This document shows, piece after piece, positions 29,225 to 38,802 of a DNA stretch of 64,000 nucleotides. This DNA is from an uncultured Chloroflexia bacterium (GTDB lineage Bacteria; Chloroflexota; Anaerolineae; Anaerolineales; Anaerolineaceae): assembly GCA_963828855.1 (NCBI GenBank), contig CAWHGB010000003.1:19457-83456 (forward strand), read 5' to 3'. The notes beneath the pieces are model-generated. The model was not told the origin of the DNA and did not search any database. It saw nothing but the letters and a program-made list of their open reading frames with translations. Each line of letters starts with the position of its first letter. Position 1 is the first letter of the stretch. A program made the position numbers and the translations under genes.

Positions 29225-29637
29225 CCCAGACCACGAATGCCCGTCATAAGCGGTCCACCGTGCTGATCATCCTATCCGGTGTAACCCTGGCGATTTCCCT
29301 GCTCGGGTGGTTGCGGCTGCTGGTGGCGGTTGGCGACTGGGACTACCTGGGTGAAATCGCGCCAGCTGTCCTGCCCGTTTACCTGGCGATCTCGGGCGTG
29401 ATCTGGGCTTTGATAGGATTGGTCTCCGCGGTGGGGATCTGGTTACGCCGACGCTGGGCGCTCATCCTGCTTGGATGTGCGGTGATCAGCTTCACCGTCT
29501 GGTATTGGATGGATCGATTACTGCTCAGTGCCAACCCTGAGGCGAATTCCAATTGGGCTTTCAGCTTGTTAATGACTGCCGGGATCCTGATCTATTTTTC
29601 AGGTTCGATCCTGGCAGTCTGGGAGGAAACAGTATGA
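29221..29637 (+). CDS. Membrane protein (4 TM), unknown function
   Basis: 138-aa hydrophobic ORF with 4-nt overlaps to both neighbours. Confidence 0.55.
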   Translation: MTQTTNARHKRSTVLIILSGVTLAISLLGWLRLLVAVGDWDYLGEIAPAVLPVYLAISGVIWALIGLVSAVGIWLRRRWALILLGCAVISFTVWYWMDRLLLSANPEANSNWAFSLLMTAGILIYFSGSILAVWEETV

Positions 29638-30254
29638 AATCCACTGATCAGCAAGGTGACCACCTGGAAGTGGAAATTAAATTCCATCTTGACGATCCGT
29701 ACGCTTTCCTGGAAAAAGTTAACCAGCTGGGGGCGGAGTTGATGCAGCCACGGGTTTTTGAGCGGAACCTTCGATTCGATACCCCCGATGGAAGGATGCG
29801 GGCAGCACGGGAGGTTTTGAGGCTGCGGCTGGACTCCCGGGCACGGTTAACCTTTAAAGGTCCCGCGCTGCAGGATCAGGACGTTGCCGTTCGTTCCGAG
29901 ATCGAGTTCACCGTCAGCGATTTTGACGAAGCTCTCCGCTTTCTGAAAGCGCTCGGTTATGAGGTGGTCGTGATTTACGAGAAGTACCGTACCACCTTCA
30001 TGCTGGATGGTGCAGAGATCACCTTGGATGAAATGCCTTTCGGCGTGTTCTGTGAAATTGAAGGCCGCGATGCTTCCGCTGTGGAGGAAATTGCCCGAAA
30101 GCTGGATCTACCCTGGAATCAACGCATCCAAGCCAGTTACCTTCAATTGTTTGACTTCGTAAAAAACCGGCGGGGGTTAAAGATGCAGGATCTCACTTTC
30201 GAGAATTTCACCGGTTTCCAGTCGGTTCCGGAGGATTTCCTGCCTGACCCGTGA
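29634..30254 (+). CDS. CYTH-domain protein (class IV adenylyl cyclase/triphosphatase-like)
   Basis: The Met at 29634 makes an ATGA overlap with the preceding gene. It carries the N-terminal EVEIKF motif characteristic of CYTH. Confidence 0.7.
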   Translation: MKSTDQQGDHLEVEIKFHLDDPYAFLEKVNQLGAELMQPRVFERNLRFDTPDGRMRAAREVLRLRLDSRARLTFKGPALQDQDVAVRSEIEFTVSDFDEALRFLKALGYEVVVIYEKYRTTFMLDGAEITLDEMPFGVFCEIEGRDASAVEEIARKLDLPWNQRIQASYLQLFDFVKNRRGLKMQDLTFENFTGFQSVPEDFLPDP

Positions 30255-30369
30255 TCTTTATCTGCCAGGGGTTCTCAGTGTGGGGTGGATTGAAAACCGA
30301 TAAAAAGGTGATTTGTTGTTATAATTCCCCCTCGCATTTAATAGCTCGTCAGTTCATCGAAGGTGCAGG

Positions 30370-30699
30370 ATGCCGCTTTATACATATCGTTGCGACAATT
30401 GCGGAGTGCAATTTGACCAACAGCAAAAATTTACAGACAATTCTCTGACTGTATGCCCGGAGTGCGGGAAAAAGAAACTGCACAAGGTCTATAGCCCGGT
30501 GGGGATCGTTTTCAAGGGATCCGGTTTTTATGCCACGGATCATAAATCCCCTTCCGGAATGAAATACGGGGCAAAATCTGAGGAAAAGTCCGACTCATCA
30601 AGTGGGGAGAAACCTGCCGAATCTACCGTGAAGAAGGACGCACCCACTGAATCGAAACCCGCCCCATCCGAAAAAACGGAGTCACCAGCTTCAAGTTGA
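30370..30699 (+). CDS. FmdB-family zinc-ribbon protein
   Basis: MPLYTYRCDNCGVQFD...CPECG...GSGFY (CxxC...CxxC), followed by a Ser/Lys/Glu-rich tail. Confidence 0.8.
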   Translation: MPLYTYRCDNCGVQFDQQQKFTDNSLTVCPECGKKKLHKVYSPVGIVFKGSGFYATDHKSPSGMKYGAKSEEKSDSSSGEKPAESTVKKDAPTESKPAPSEKTESPASS

Positions 30700-30723
30700 T
30701 AATTTGTTGCTAAAGGGAAGATC

Positions 30724-30749
30724 AAACGCCGGAAAACCGGCGTTTTTTT
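30724..30749 (+). terminator. Intrinsic terminator
   Basis: aaacgccgg-aaaa-ccggcgttttttt. Confidence 0.8.
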
Positions 30750-30874
30750 AATTATTGGAACCAATCCCTATCGGCTGCCATCAAAAACTATCAAAGAGGG
30801 TCAAAATTGACCTTAAACCATTGATGATATGATTATGCCTTTGTAGAATGATATCAACTTCCGGGAGTGAATGT

Positions 30875-31015
30875 ATGACAAAACAAAACAAATCCAATGG
30901 CAGACCGGGCAAGTCCAGCGATCAGCGCCGGATGCGGGCATATCAGATCGTTATGGCCGTTATCGGGTTGATCGTAGTGCTTTCGATGGTGATTGCCGCG
31001 GTCGCCAACTACTAA
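30875..31015 (+). CDS. Small membrane protein (46 aa), below the ORF-track size cut-off
   Basis: Hand translation gives MTKQNKSNGRPGKSSDQRRMRAYQIVMAVIGLIVVLSMVIAAVANY*, a basic N-terminus followed by one TM helix. It ends 10 nt before the next start. The overlapping track ORF 30871..31158 has no such features. Confidence 0.5.
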   Translation: MTKQNKSNGRPGKSSDQRRMRAYQIVMAVIGLIVVLSMVIAAVANY

Positions 31016-31025
31016 GGAGATTACC

Positions 31026-32603
31026 ATGCCCCGTAAAACGGGATACTTCTGGCTGGCTGCCCTTCTGGGCGGTTGGGCTGTCGATTTTCTCTTCTGGGGT
31101 CAAACCCCAGGCATTTCCATCCTCCTATGGGTCGGGTGGATCCTTCTGCTGGGGATAGGCCTCGGAATAATGGAGGGCATCCGCCCATCACGGATCAACC
31201 TGCTGGTTGTGGTTCTGGCGCTCCTGGCTGGAGCGGTTCCTTTGCTGCGGCGCGAACCATTCACCCTTTTCACCGCCTGCGTGCTGGCTTTTTGTTTTCT
31301 CTGCCTTCTGGCGTTTTCCTTCCCAAATGGCTTTTGGATTTATTACCGCATCAGGGATTACCTGGCTGCCAGCTTGAGGCTTATCGCGGACTGGTTTACT
31401 GGAGGTCTGCGCTTGAAAAAGGTACCCTCTGGGGAAGCGGAAGCGCAGAAAACCACCGGGAAAAAGGGTGGAAACACATTGTTGCTGGTGCTCCTGGGGA
31501 TCCTTCTGGCGCTGCCCCTGCTCGGCATATTCGGAGCACTTCTCTCCTCCGCGGATCCTGTTTTCGGCAGCCGCCTGGCGGATTTCCTCAAGGTATTCAA
31601 TATTCAGAACCTGCCCGAATATCTTTTCCGGCTTTTCTATATCCTGGTGCTTACCTATTTCATTGCCGGATCATTTGTGCATGCGTTCTATAACCGCCAC
31701 GATCAAAAACCTGATCCAGCCAGGGATACTTTCCACCCGTTTTTGAGCTGGATCCCGGCGACCGTGATCCTGGTCCTGGTGGATGTGCTGTTCCTGTCCT
31801 TTGTGGTGATCCAGTTCACCTATTTCTTTGGCGCGCAATCCAATATCACCGCGGAAGGATATACCTTCGCGGATTATGCCCGCCGGGGATTTTTCGAACT
31901 GGTCAGCGTGGCTGTGATCAGCCTGATGCTGGTATTTGGACTGGGCGCCATCACCCAGCGCCAGACGCGAACCCAGCAAACCGTCCTGGCCGTCTTGAAT
32001 CTGATTTTGATCTGCCTGGTTCTGGTCATGCTCCTTTCCTCATGGCAACGCTTGAACCTGTATGAAGAAGCCTATGGATATTCCCGCCTGCGAACCTACA
32101 CCACGGTGTTCATCCCCTGGTTGGGGGCTTTGCTGGTGGCGGTTGGGGTGCTGGATATGCTGGGAAAAATGCGCTGGTTCGCTCTCAGCCTGGTGATCGT
32201 AATCGCAGGTTTTGTATTCAGCCTTCCCCTGCTGAATATTGATCGTTTCATTGCCAGCCGGAATATCGACCGGGCGGTGGCGGGCGAGGAGTTTGACGCG
32301 GCTTACCTGGCAGTCCTTTCCGCCGATGCTGTACCTGCCATGTTTGATGGGTATTACAACGCCGGGTTCAACCTTCGCGATAAAACCAAACTTGGCGCTT
32401 CGTTGGCATGCATTTCCCGCCAATACCTGCCTCCTCAAAAGCAATCCTGGCAGTCTTTCAACCTGCCGGATGCCACTGCGACCGCATTATTCGCGGTGAA
32501 CCGGGAGATGCTTGCCAAATATACCCTCAGCGAGATGGATGGGTTATGGCAGGCGGATGCCGGCGGCACGCCCCTACCTTGCAGCGCCAATATTTGGGAC
32601 TGA
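31026..32603 (+). CDS. Polytopic membrane protein (DUF4153/DUF4173-like)
   Basis: The Met at 31026 is preceded by aaggaga. There are about 12 TM segments. The family assignment is from memory only. Confidence 0.55.
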   Translation: MPRKTGYFWLAALLGGWAVDFLFWGQTPGISILLWVGWILLLGIGLGIMEGIRPSRINLLVVVLALLAGAVPLLRREPFTLFTACVLAFCFLCLLAFSFPNGFWIYYRIRDYLAASLRLIADWFTGGLRLKKVPSGEAEAQKTTGKKGGNTLLLVLLGILLALPLLGIFGALLSSADPVFGSRLADFLKVFNIQNLPEYLFRLFYILVLTYFIAGSFVHAFYNRHDQKPDPARDTFHPFLSWIPATVILVLVDVLFLSFVVIQFTYFFGAQSNITAEGYTFADYARRGFFELVSVAVISLMLVFGLGAITQRQTRTQQTVLAVLNLILICLVLVMLLSSWQRLNLYEEAYGYSRLRTYTTVFIPWLGALLVAVGVLDMLGKMRWFALSLVIVIAGFVFSLPLLNIDRFIASRNIDRAVAGEEFDAAYLAVLSADAVPAMFDGYYNAGFNLRDKTKLGASLACISRQYLPPQKQSWQSFNLPDATATALFAVNREMLAKYTLSEMDGLWQADAGGTPLPCSANIWD

Positions 32604-32621
32604 AGAAAAAATAATCATGAT

Positions 32622-32656
32622 GTCACGGTCCTGCCAATCGCGGGACCGTGACTTTT
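32622..32656 (+). terminator. Intrinsic terminator
   Basis: gtcacggtcc-(11 nt)-ggaccgtgac-tttt. Confidence 0.65.
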
Positions 32657-32706
32657 CTGGTGGGGGGAAGAAAATCCTCAATTTCCCACGTGGTAAAATC
32701 TTTTCC

Positions 32707-34000
32707 ATGAAAACAATCGCGATCGTCGGCGCAGGGGTGGGGGGTATGTCGGCTGCCTGGGATCTACGCAAGGCTGGTCATGCTGTCACCATCTTCGAAG
32801 GATCGGATTCGGTCGGAGGTTTGGCGGGTGGGTTCCGGCTCCCTAACTGGGAGTGGTCGGTGGAGAAGTATTACCACCACTGGTTTCAGACCGACAAGGA
32901 TATCCTCGGGCTGATCCGCGAGCTGGGATGGGAAAAAGACGTAGTCTTTCCCCGACCGAAAACGGTAGTCTACGCCAACGGGAAATTCGCCCCCCTCGAT
33001 TCCCCCATGGCTGCGCTCACCTTTCCGGGTTTCAACCTGCTGGATATCGCCCGTTTTGGCTTCGCCACGGTCTATCTGCGTTATCTCTCCGGTTGGCGCG
33101 GGCTGGAAAAGCACACAGCTGATGACTGGATGCGCAGGGCGTACGGCGACCAAGCTTTATGAGCTGCTTTTTGAACCGCTCCTGCAGGGAAAGTTCGGCA
33201 GCCATTACCAGGAAGTGAATATGGCCTGGTTTTGGGCCAGGTTGAAGACACGTACCACCCGCCTGGGTACTTTCCAAGGAGGTTTCCAGGCATTCGCCGA
33301 TCGGTTTGCCGAGCGGTTGAGAGCTGAAGGGGTGGAAATCCGACTGAATAACCCCGTCGAAGGTATAAGACCCATTAAGGCTGGAAAGCTGGAAATCACG
33401 AGCGGCAGGCAGCGGATCGAGTTTGACCAGGTGCTTGTCACCTCCTCACCCGCGCTGCTGGCCCGCATGGCTCCAGGTCTCGACCCCGCCTATCTTAAAG
33501 GATTACTGGAGCTGAAGAGCCTGGGGGCAGTGGTGCTCAGCCTTGCAATTGGTCATCCGCTTTCTAAAGAAGGATTCTATTGGTTCAACCTGCCCAAGAA
33601 AGCTGGGTTCCCTTTCCTGGCCTTGGTGGAGCATACCAACTTTCTGCCAACCAGCTGCTTTGGTGGGGATTCAATCGTGTACTGCGGCGATTACCTGGAA
33701 ACAGGTCATGAATATTTCACGCTCTCCAAAGAGCAGCTCCTGGAAAAATTCCTGCCCGGTTTAAAGCGGATCAACCCGGAATTTGAGCTTGGCTGGGTCA
33801 AGGAATCCTGGTTATGGAGGACGAATTACGCGCAGCCCATCCCATTGAAAAACCATTCGAAAAACATTCCCGCGCTAAAAACACCCATGCAGGGATTATT
33901 CTTCGCCAGCATGAGCCAGGTGTACCCCTGGGACCGCGGAACCAACTTTGCGGTACAGGTTGCGCGAAAAGCTGCGGGTTTGATGCTCTCCGCGGATTGA
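32707..34000 (+). CDS. FAD/NAD(P)-dependent oxidoreductase (phytoene-desaturase/amine-oxidase fold); apparent frameshift near 33150
   Basis: MKTIAIVGAGVGGMSAAWDL is a dinucleotide-binding motif. Track ORFs 32512..33162 and 33056..34000 join at ...DDWMRRAYGD/KLYELLFEPLLQGKFG. Confidence 0.75.
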
Positions 34001-34631
34001 TTCTACCCACGGAAAACTGGATTAAGAATCTTTAACATTCAGAATCCCCACTTAATTTTCTTAGCGCATTAAGTGCGAAAAAAGGAAGTATTAGAGTAAT
34101 AACCGATCATTAAATACGAATTGCCTGATTCACCCAGTTTTTTAACCAAGATGGCGTAAATACCCAATAAAATGGCAAAACCACTTGCTTTTATGAAGCC
34201 CGAGAAACGACCGTTCGGTTGTCTGAGCATGCATCCCGTACCGAAAATGATTTTTTAATGCAGGTCGATATTAAGCGAAATTGACACGCTCGCAAAAGCT
34301 GGTATACCACCTGTGGAGAGAACTCATGCGAATTCGTCCAGATATGGTGTTGGACATATCTTTCCAATAGATGGATTCCAGGAATTCACATGACCGATTC
34401 TTTAACATTCACAATCTTAAAAAACGTCTTTTTTTTAGCTGGGCGTAGGGTAAGCGGCTTGTTCAGCGAACCACCGTCTGCTAGAATATCATCACTCCGG
34501 CAGGCATGATCAACCGGATAAGCACCTGTATTGCATCAACAACCGATCCATTTTTACCCACTGCTTCGATGTTGGCAGGATGGCATCGCCATCCCTGGTG
34601 GTGGTAGCGGACACCAAAACGGAGTGACTGA
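34001..34631. other. Long AT-richer non-coding region upstream of dnaA; candidate oriC and dnaA promoter
   Basis: 630 bp with no credible ORF. It holds imperfect DnaA-box-like 9-mers (for example TGTGGAGAG and TTATCCGGT) but no perfect TTATCCACA. A 13-nt direct repeat tctttaacattca occurs at 34029 and 34399. A possible promoter TTGTTC-17-TAGAAT lies at 34459-34487. Confidence 0.35.
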
Positions 34632-35963
34632 ATGATGAATTCACAAACTGCATGGGAAGCGACACTCGGACAGTTACAGATGGAGTTGCCCAAGTCTTCA
34701 TATGAGACCTGGGTGCGTAATACCGAGCTTGTTTCCTATGATACTGATACCTTCATCATCGGCGTTCGCAATGCCTTCACCCGCGATTGGCTGGACAACC
34801 GGTTAAAAAATACTGTCAGCCGCTATCTCACTGGTTTGATGAATCGGCCACAGGCTGTTCAATTTATCGTGCATTATGGGGAGGCAGATCCGCCTGCTTT
34901 TGAAACAGTCAGAGAAGAGGAGCCCATTGGGCAGCTACCTGCCCGGGTCAATTCTTCATTCAACCGGCGTTATGCATTCGAAAATTTTGTGGTGGGTGCC
35001 TCCAACCGTTTGGCACATGCTGCTTCCCTCGCCGTGGCGGAATCCCCCGCGCTGGCCTATAACCCACTCTTCCTTTATGGAGGGGTGGGATTGGGGAAGA
35101 CCCACCTGCTCTTTGCCATTGGCAACGCCGCCCTCCAGAAGGGATTGCAGGTACTCTATGTGACCTCGGAAGAATTCACCAACGATCTGATAAATTCAAT
35201 CCGCACCCACACCACGCCTGCCTTCCGCGAACGTTATCGCCGGATCGATGTTTTATTAATCGATGATATCCAGTTCATCGCCGGCAAGGATGCGACCCAG
35301 GAGGAGTTCTTCCACACCTTCAACGCCCTCCACGCTGCAAGCAAGCAGATCGTGGTCTCCTCCGACCGGCCGCCCAAAGCGATGGTGACACTTGAAGAGC
35401 GATTGCGCTCCCGATTCGAGTGGGGGCTCGCGGCTGATATCCAGCCGCCAGATTTTGAAACCCGCGTGGCGATCCTGCGCTCCAAAGCCGAGCGGGCGGG
35501 GCGGACTGTTCCAGCCGATATCCTGGAGATGATCGCCCGCCAGGTGCAATCCAACATCCGCGAGCTGGAAGGCGCGCTTACCCGTGTGCTGGCGTATTCG
35601 GATCTGACAAATCAGCCGCTGAGTATCAGCCTGGTGCAGAGTGCTCTCATGGATATGCTGCCGCAGCAATCCGAACTCAAGCCGCGCCAGATCATTGATG
35701 TGGTGGCAAAATCCTATGGGATCTCCAGCGAAAATATGCTGGGGCGCTGCCGGACCGCGGGGATCGCTCTTCCCCGCCAGGTAGCAATGTATTTGCTGCG
35801 AGAAGAGGCTGACCTTTCCTTCCCGCAGATCGGGCAGGAATTGGGTGGGCGGGACCACACTACAGTGATGTATGCCTGCGAGAAAATGTCCGAGCAGATC
35901 GAAACGGACGATGGATTGCGGAGGCAGGTCCTCGCCATCCGGGAAAAGCTCTACGGGAGATGA
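34632..35963 (+). CDS. dnaA: Chromosomal replication initiator protein DnaA
   Basis: 443 aa with the AAA+ Walker A motif LFLYGGVGLGKTHL, the sensor motifs, and the C-terminal DNA-binding domain (...RDHTTVMYACEKM). Confidence 0.95.
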   Translation: MMNSQTAWEATLGQLQMELPKSSYETWVRNTELVSYDTDTFIIGVRNAFTRDWLDNRLKNTVSRYLTGLMNRPQAVQFIVHYGEADPPAFETVREEEPIGQLPARVNSSFNRRYAFENFVVGASNRLAHAASLAVAESPALAYNPLFLYGGVGLGKTHLLFAIGNAALQKGLQVLYVTSEEFTNDLINSIRTHTTPAFRERYRRIDVLLIDDIQFIAGKDATQEEFFHTFNALHAASKQIVVSSDRPPKAMVTLEERLRSRFEWGLAADIQPPDFETRVAILRSKAERAGRTVPADILEMIARQVQSNIRELEGALTRVLAYSDLTNQPLSISLVQSALMDMLPQQSELKPRQIIDVVAKSYGISSENMLGRCRTAGIALPRQVAMYLLREEADLSFPQIGQELGGRDHTTVMYACEKMSEQIETDDGLRRQVLAIREKLYGR

Positions 35964-36044
35964 ACCGGATGTTTCCAATCAGGTATGGTATAATTCATCG
36001 ATGAATTTGGCAGCACCCATGCCTGTACGTTGAAATATTTTTAA

Positions 36045-36075
36045 CCTCGGCCGGGTAATACCGCCGGGGTTTTTG
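36045..36075 (+). terminator. Intrinsic terminator after dnaA
   Basis: cctcggc-(11 nt)-gccgggg-ttttt. Confidence 0.55.
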
Positions 36076-36091
36076 TTTTGAAAGAGGAAAA

Positions 36092-37729
36092 ATGAAAGAT
36101 AAAGCATTAAAGATCATTCCGCTCGGAGGATTGGGGGAAGTCGGGCGGAACATGATGGTTTACGAATATGGTGACCAGATCCTGGTGGTGGATGCTGGGC
36201 TGATGTTTCCGGAAAATGACATGCTCGGGATCGATTACATTATCCCGGATATCACCTACCTGGCGCAGAATCGTGATAAAGTTCAGGCGGTGGTGATTAC
36301 CCACGGCCACGAGGATCACATAGGTGCCATCAGCCATCTGCTGGAGGAGATCCCCGCGCCAGTCTACGCCACCCCGCTTACCCGAGGCCTGCTGGAGTCC
36401 AAGCTCGCCCGCAATGGCAAAGGTTCCCGTTTCACACTTAATACAGTAAACGCTGGGGAGTCCATCACCGTTGGTAATTTCAAGGTGGAATTCTTCCATG
36501 TCTGTCATTCCATCCCGGATGGCGTCGGTCTGGGGATTACAACCCCGGCAGGTTTGGTGGTTCACTCCGGCGATTACAAGTTCGACCATACCCCGGTGGA
36601 TAACTGGCCATCCGACTATGCCAAGCTGGCCGAGTTTGCAGAGCGCGGTGTGCTGGCTTTACTCGCGGATTCCACCAACGCCGAGCGCCCGGGCTGGACT
36701 CCATCCGAACGGGTGGTGGATGCCGCTCTGGATAAGGTATTCCGCGAAGCCACGGGCAGGATCATCATTGCCAGCTTCGCCTCGCTGATAAGCCGCATTC
36801 AACAGGTGGCCAATGCCGCCCAGACGCACAACCGCAAGCTGGCCTTGATGGGGCCGAGCATGGTTGATAATGTCAAAATTGCCCGCAAATTGGGGTACAT
36901 GGATATCCCCGATGAGCTGTTGGTCGGGATTGAAGAAGCCTTGGGAATGAAGGCTTCTGAAATTGCCATCATGTGCACTGGTTCGCAAGGGGAACCCACC
37001 TCAATTTTGGGGAAACTCTCGGTTGGATCAGCCCGCGGGCTTGAGGTACGCGAGGGGGATACCATCGTGCTTTCCTCGCATGCCATTCCCGGAAACGAAG
37101 AGAACGTTTATCGTACGGTCAACCGCCTGCTCGAGCGCGGCGCGAACGTAATCTATGAAGCTATCGCGCCGGTGCATGTTTCCGGTCACGCCAGCCAGGA
37201 GGAGATGAAACTGCTTCTTCACCTCACCCGTCCCAAATATTTCATTCCGATCCACGGTGAGCTGCGTCACTTGAAGCAACACGCCTTACTCGGAAACATG
37301 GTGGGAGTCCCGAAGGAGAACATCGCGGTCCTCGAGAACGGAGAATCAGTTATTTTTGAATCTGGCCGGATGCGAAAGGGAGAGCGGGTAACATCATCGT
37401 ATGTATTCGTGGATGGCTCAGGCGTGGGGGATGTGGATCCGGAAGTGATGCGCGAGCGCGAGCTTCTTGCCCAGGATGGCATTGTTATCGTCAATGTGCA
37501 TCTCAACCGTCTTAACAACCGCCTGCAGGAGGAACCGGAGATCATCACCAAAGGTTTCGTGCTGGTGCGGGAAGCAGAACCACTATTAACCGAAGCACGG
37601 AGATTGATCTCTACCGCGACAAAAAATTCACGCGGTAACATCGACCGGGAGCTCCACGAAGTGGTCAGCAACTTCCTCTACAGTGAAACCCGCAGAAGAC
37701 CAATGGTTTTTATTAATATCAATAAATAG
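36092..37729 (+). CDS. rnj: Ribonuclease J
   Basis: 545 aa. KIIPLGGLGEVGRNMMVYEYGDQILVVDAG, the HGHEDHIG metallo-beta-lactamase motif, and beta-CASP plus C-terminal domains. Confidence 0.9.
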   Translation: MKDKALKIIPLGGLGEVGRNMMVYEYGDQILVVDAGLMFPENDMLGIDYIIPDITYLAQNRDKVQAVVITHGHEDHIGAISHLLEEIPAPVYATPLTRGLLESKLARNGKGSRFTLNTVNAGESITVGNFKVEFFHVCHSIPDGVGLGITTPAGLVVHSGDYKFDHTPVDNWPSDYAKLAEFAERGVLALLADSTNAERPGWTPSERVVDAALDKVFREATGRIIIASFASLISRIQQVANAAQTHNRKLALMGPSMVDNVKIARKLGYMDIPDELLVGIEEALGMKASEIAIMCTGSQGEPTSILGKLSVGSARGLEVREGDTIVLSSHAIPGNEENVYRTVNRLLERGANVIYEAIAPVHVSGHASQEEMKLLLHLTRPKYFIPIHGELRHLKQHALLGNMVGVPKENIAVLENGESVIFESGRMRKGERVTSSYVFVDGSGVGDVDPEVMRERELLAQDGIVIVNVHLNRLNNRLQEEPEIITKGFVLVREAEPLLTEARRLISTATKNSRGNIDRELHEVVSNFLYSETRRRPMVFININK

Positions 37730-37746
37730 TGCGATTTTTTGAATAA

Positions 37747-37772
37747 AAAAAGCCGCTTCGAAGCGGCTTTTT
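37747..37772. terminator. Bidirectional intrinsic terminator
   Basis: aaaaagccgcttcgaagcggcttttt lies between convergent genes. Confidence 0.8.
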
Positions 37773-37787
37773 AGGTTTAATGGGGGT

Positions 37788-38453
37788 TTAATTTGGAGCC
37801 TGCAACTGGATCAGTTCAGTACAAGAATCCCCGGTACAGGTTTTAAGCAACCCGAACTGTGGGGCATACCAACGTTTGGTGCCATCTTCACACTCCACGC
37901 GCCGGGTTTTAAAAGAACCGAGCTGAATATTGATCGTTTGGTCGACGACCACGCGGCACGCGGTTTCGCACTGCTGCCAGACCTTTCCCGGGACCATATT
38001 CTCCGCTTCCGGGAGTATGATCCTCGATTCACAGGTACCGTTGGAGATTTCGTCCATGCTTTTTGAGCTGATTTCATTCAGATCCTTATCCAGGGTCGCG
38101 ATCTTGACGATCTCGGTCTTCCCGTTTGTGCATAGGATAAAAAGTTTCTCCAGTGTCCCATCCGGGTTCATCCGGACGGCAATAGTTGAACCTTCAGTAT
38201 CACTTCCTTCGAAGGGTCCAACGCTCAATGCTGATCCATCGGAATAGGACCAGATGGTTCCCCCGGTCAGGGGCAGAAAAAAATTATCACAGGCGTTCAG
38301 AGGAATAAATGGTTCCTGGGTGGGAAGTAATTGCGAAGGAGTAACCTCGGTCGATGCCGGGGTGGGTGTATCAGCTGGGATCATGTCAGCCTGGCAGGCT
38401 TGCAGGCTTATTGCGACCATGATGATAATAATGGATGGTAAATATCGTTTCAT
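37788..38453 (-). CDS. Lipoprotein, unknown function
   Basis: 221 aa with a signal peptide and lipobox (ISLQAC). Confidence 0.6.
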   Translation of the reverse strand: MKRYLPSIIIIMVAISLQACQADMIPADTPTPASTEVTPSQLLPTQEPFIPLNACDNFFLPLTGGTIWSYSDGSALSVGPFEGSDTEGSTIAVRMNPDGTLEKLFILCTNGKTEIVKIATLDKDLNEISSKSMDEISNGTCESRIILPEAENMVPGKVWQQCETACRVVVDQTINIQLGSFKTRRVECEDGTKRWYAPQFGLLKTCTGDSCTELIQLQAPN

Positions 38454-38547
38454 TTTCAGTTACCTCGATAAGGCTCAATTTCGGAATTATAACCCGAAGA
38501 AATCAAGGTTAAGGAATCCTTATAGTTTGGAAATAAGAGAGAATAGG

Positions 38548-38576
38548 TTGAATAAACTCTTGGTAAGGGCTATAAT
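38548..38576 (+). promoter_or_regulatory. Near-consensus sigma70 promoter
   Basis: TTGAAT-17 nt-TATAAT. Confidence 0.55.
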
Positions 38577-38582
38577 GATTAA

Positions 38583-38702
38583 GGTTAGTTAGTTTGTGTC
38601 CAAAATTCAAACCGAATGAAAAATAAATCTGCGTTATTTCAGAAACACCCCGAATAACACGCTAATCTCAAGAAACCACAGGTTTATCCTGGTGGTTTTT
38701 TT
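38583..38702 (+). ncRNA. Candidate ~120-nt sRNA or terminator-type leader upstream of the ABC transporter operon
   Basis: It is bounded by the promoter above and by an intrinsic terminator, aaaccacagg-tttat-cctggtggttttttt (38673-38702). It contains no ORF and lies 100 nt upstream of the substrate-binding-protein start. Confidence 0.4.
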
Positions 38703-38802
38703 GTTCCTTTGATTATAGGATTGGAGGTGATAACCAGGAGGATACAGACCATATCAGCCCAATGTTTGAGCAGTTGATTTTAAATCCAATTGGAGGAGAA
38801 AC

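Noticed and set aside
34001-34631. rpmH or another small gene, or a stable RNA, in the long region upstream of dnaA
   Set aside because: No ORF with an L34-like Arg/Lys-rich sequence exists on either strand. Track ORFs 34481..34693 and 34510..34701 overlap the dnaA start and look non-coding. I recognised no known RNA motif.
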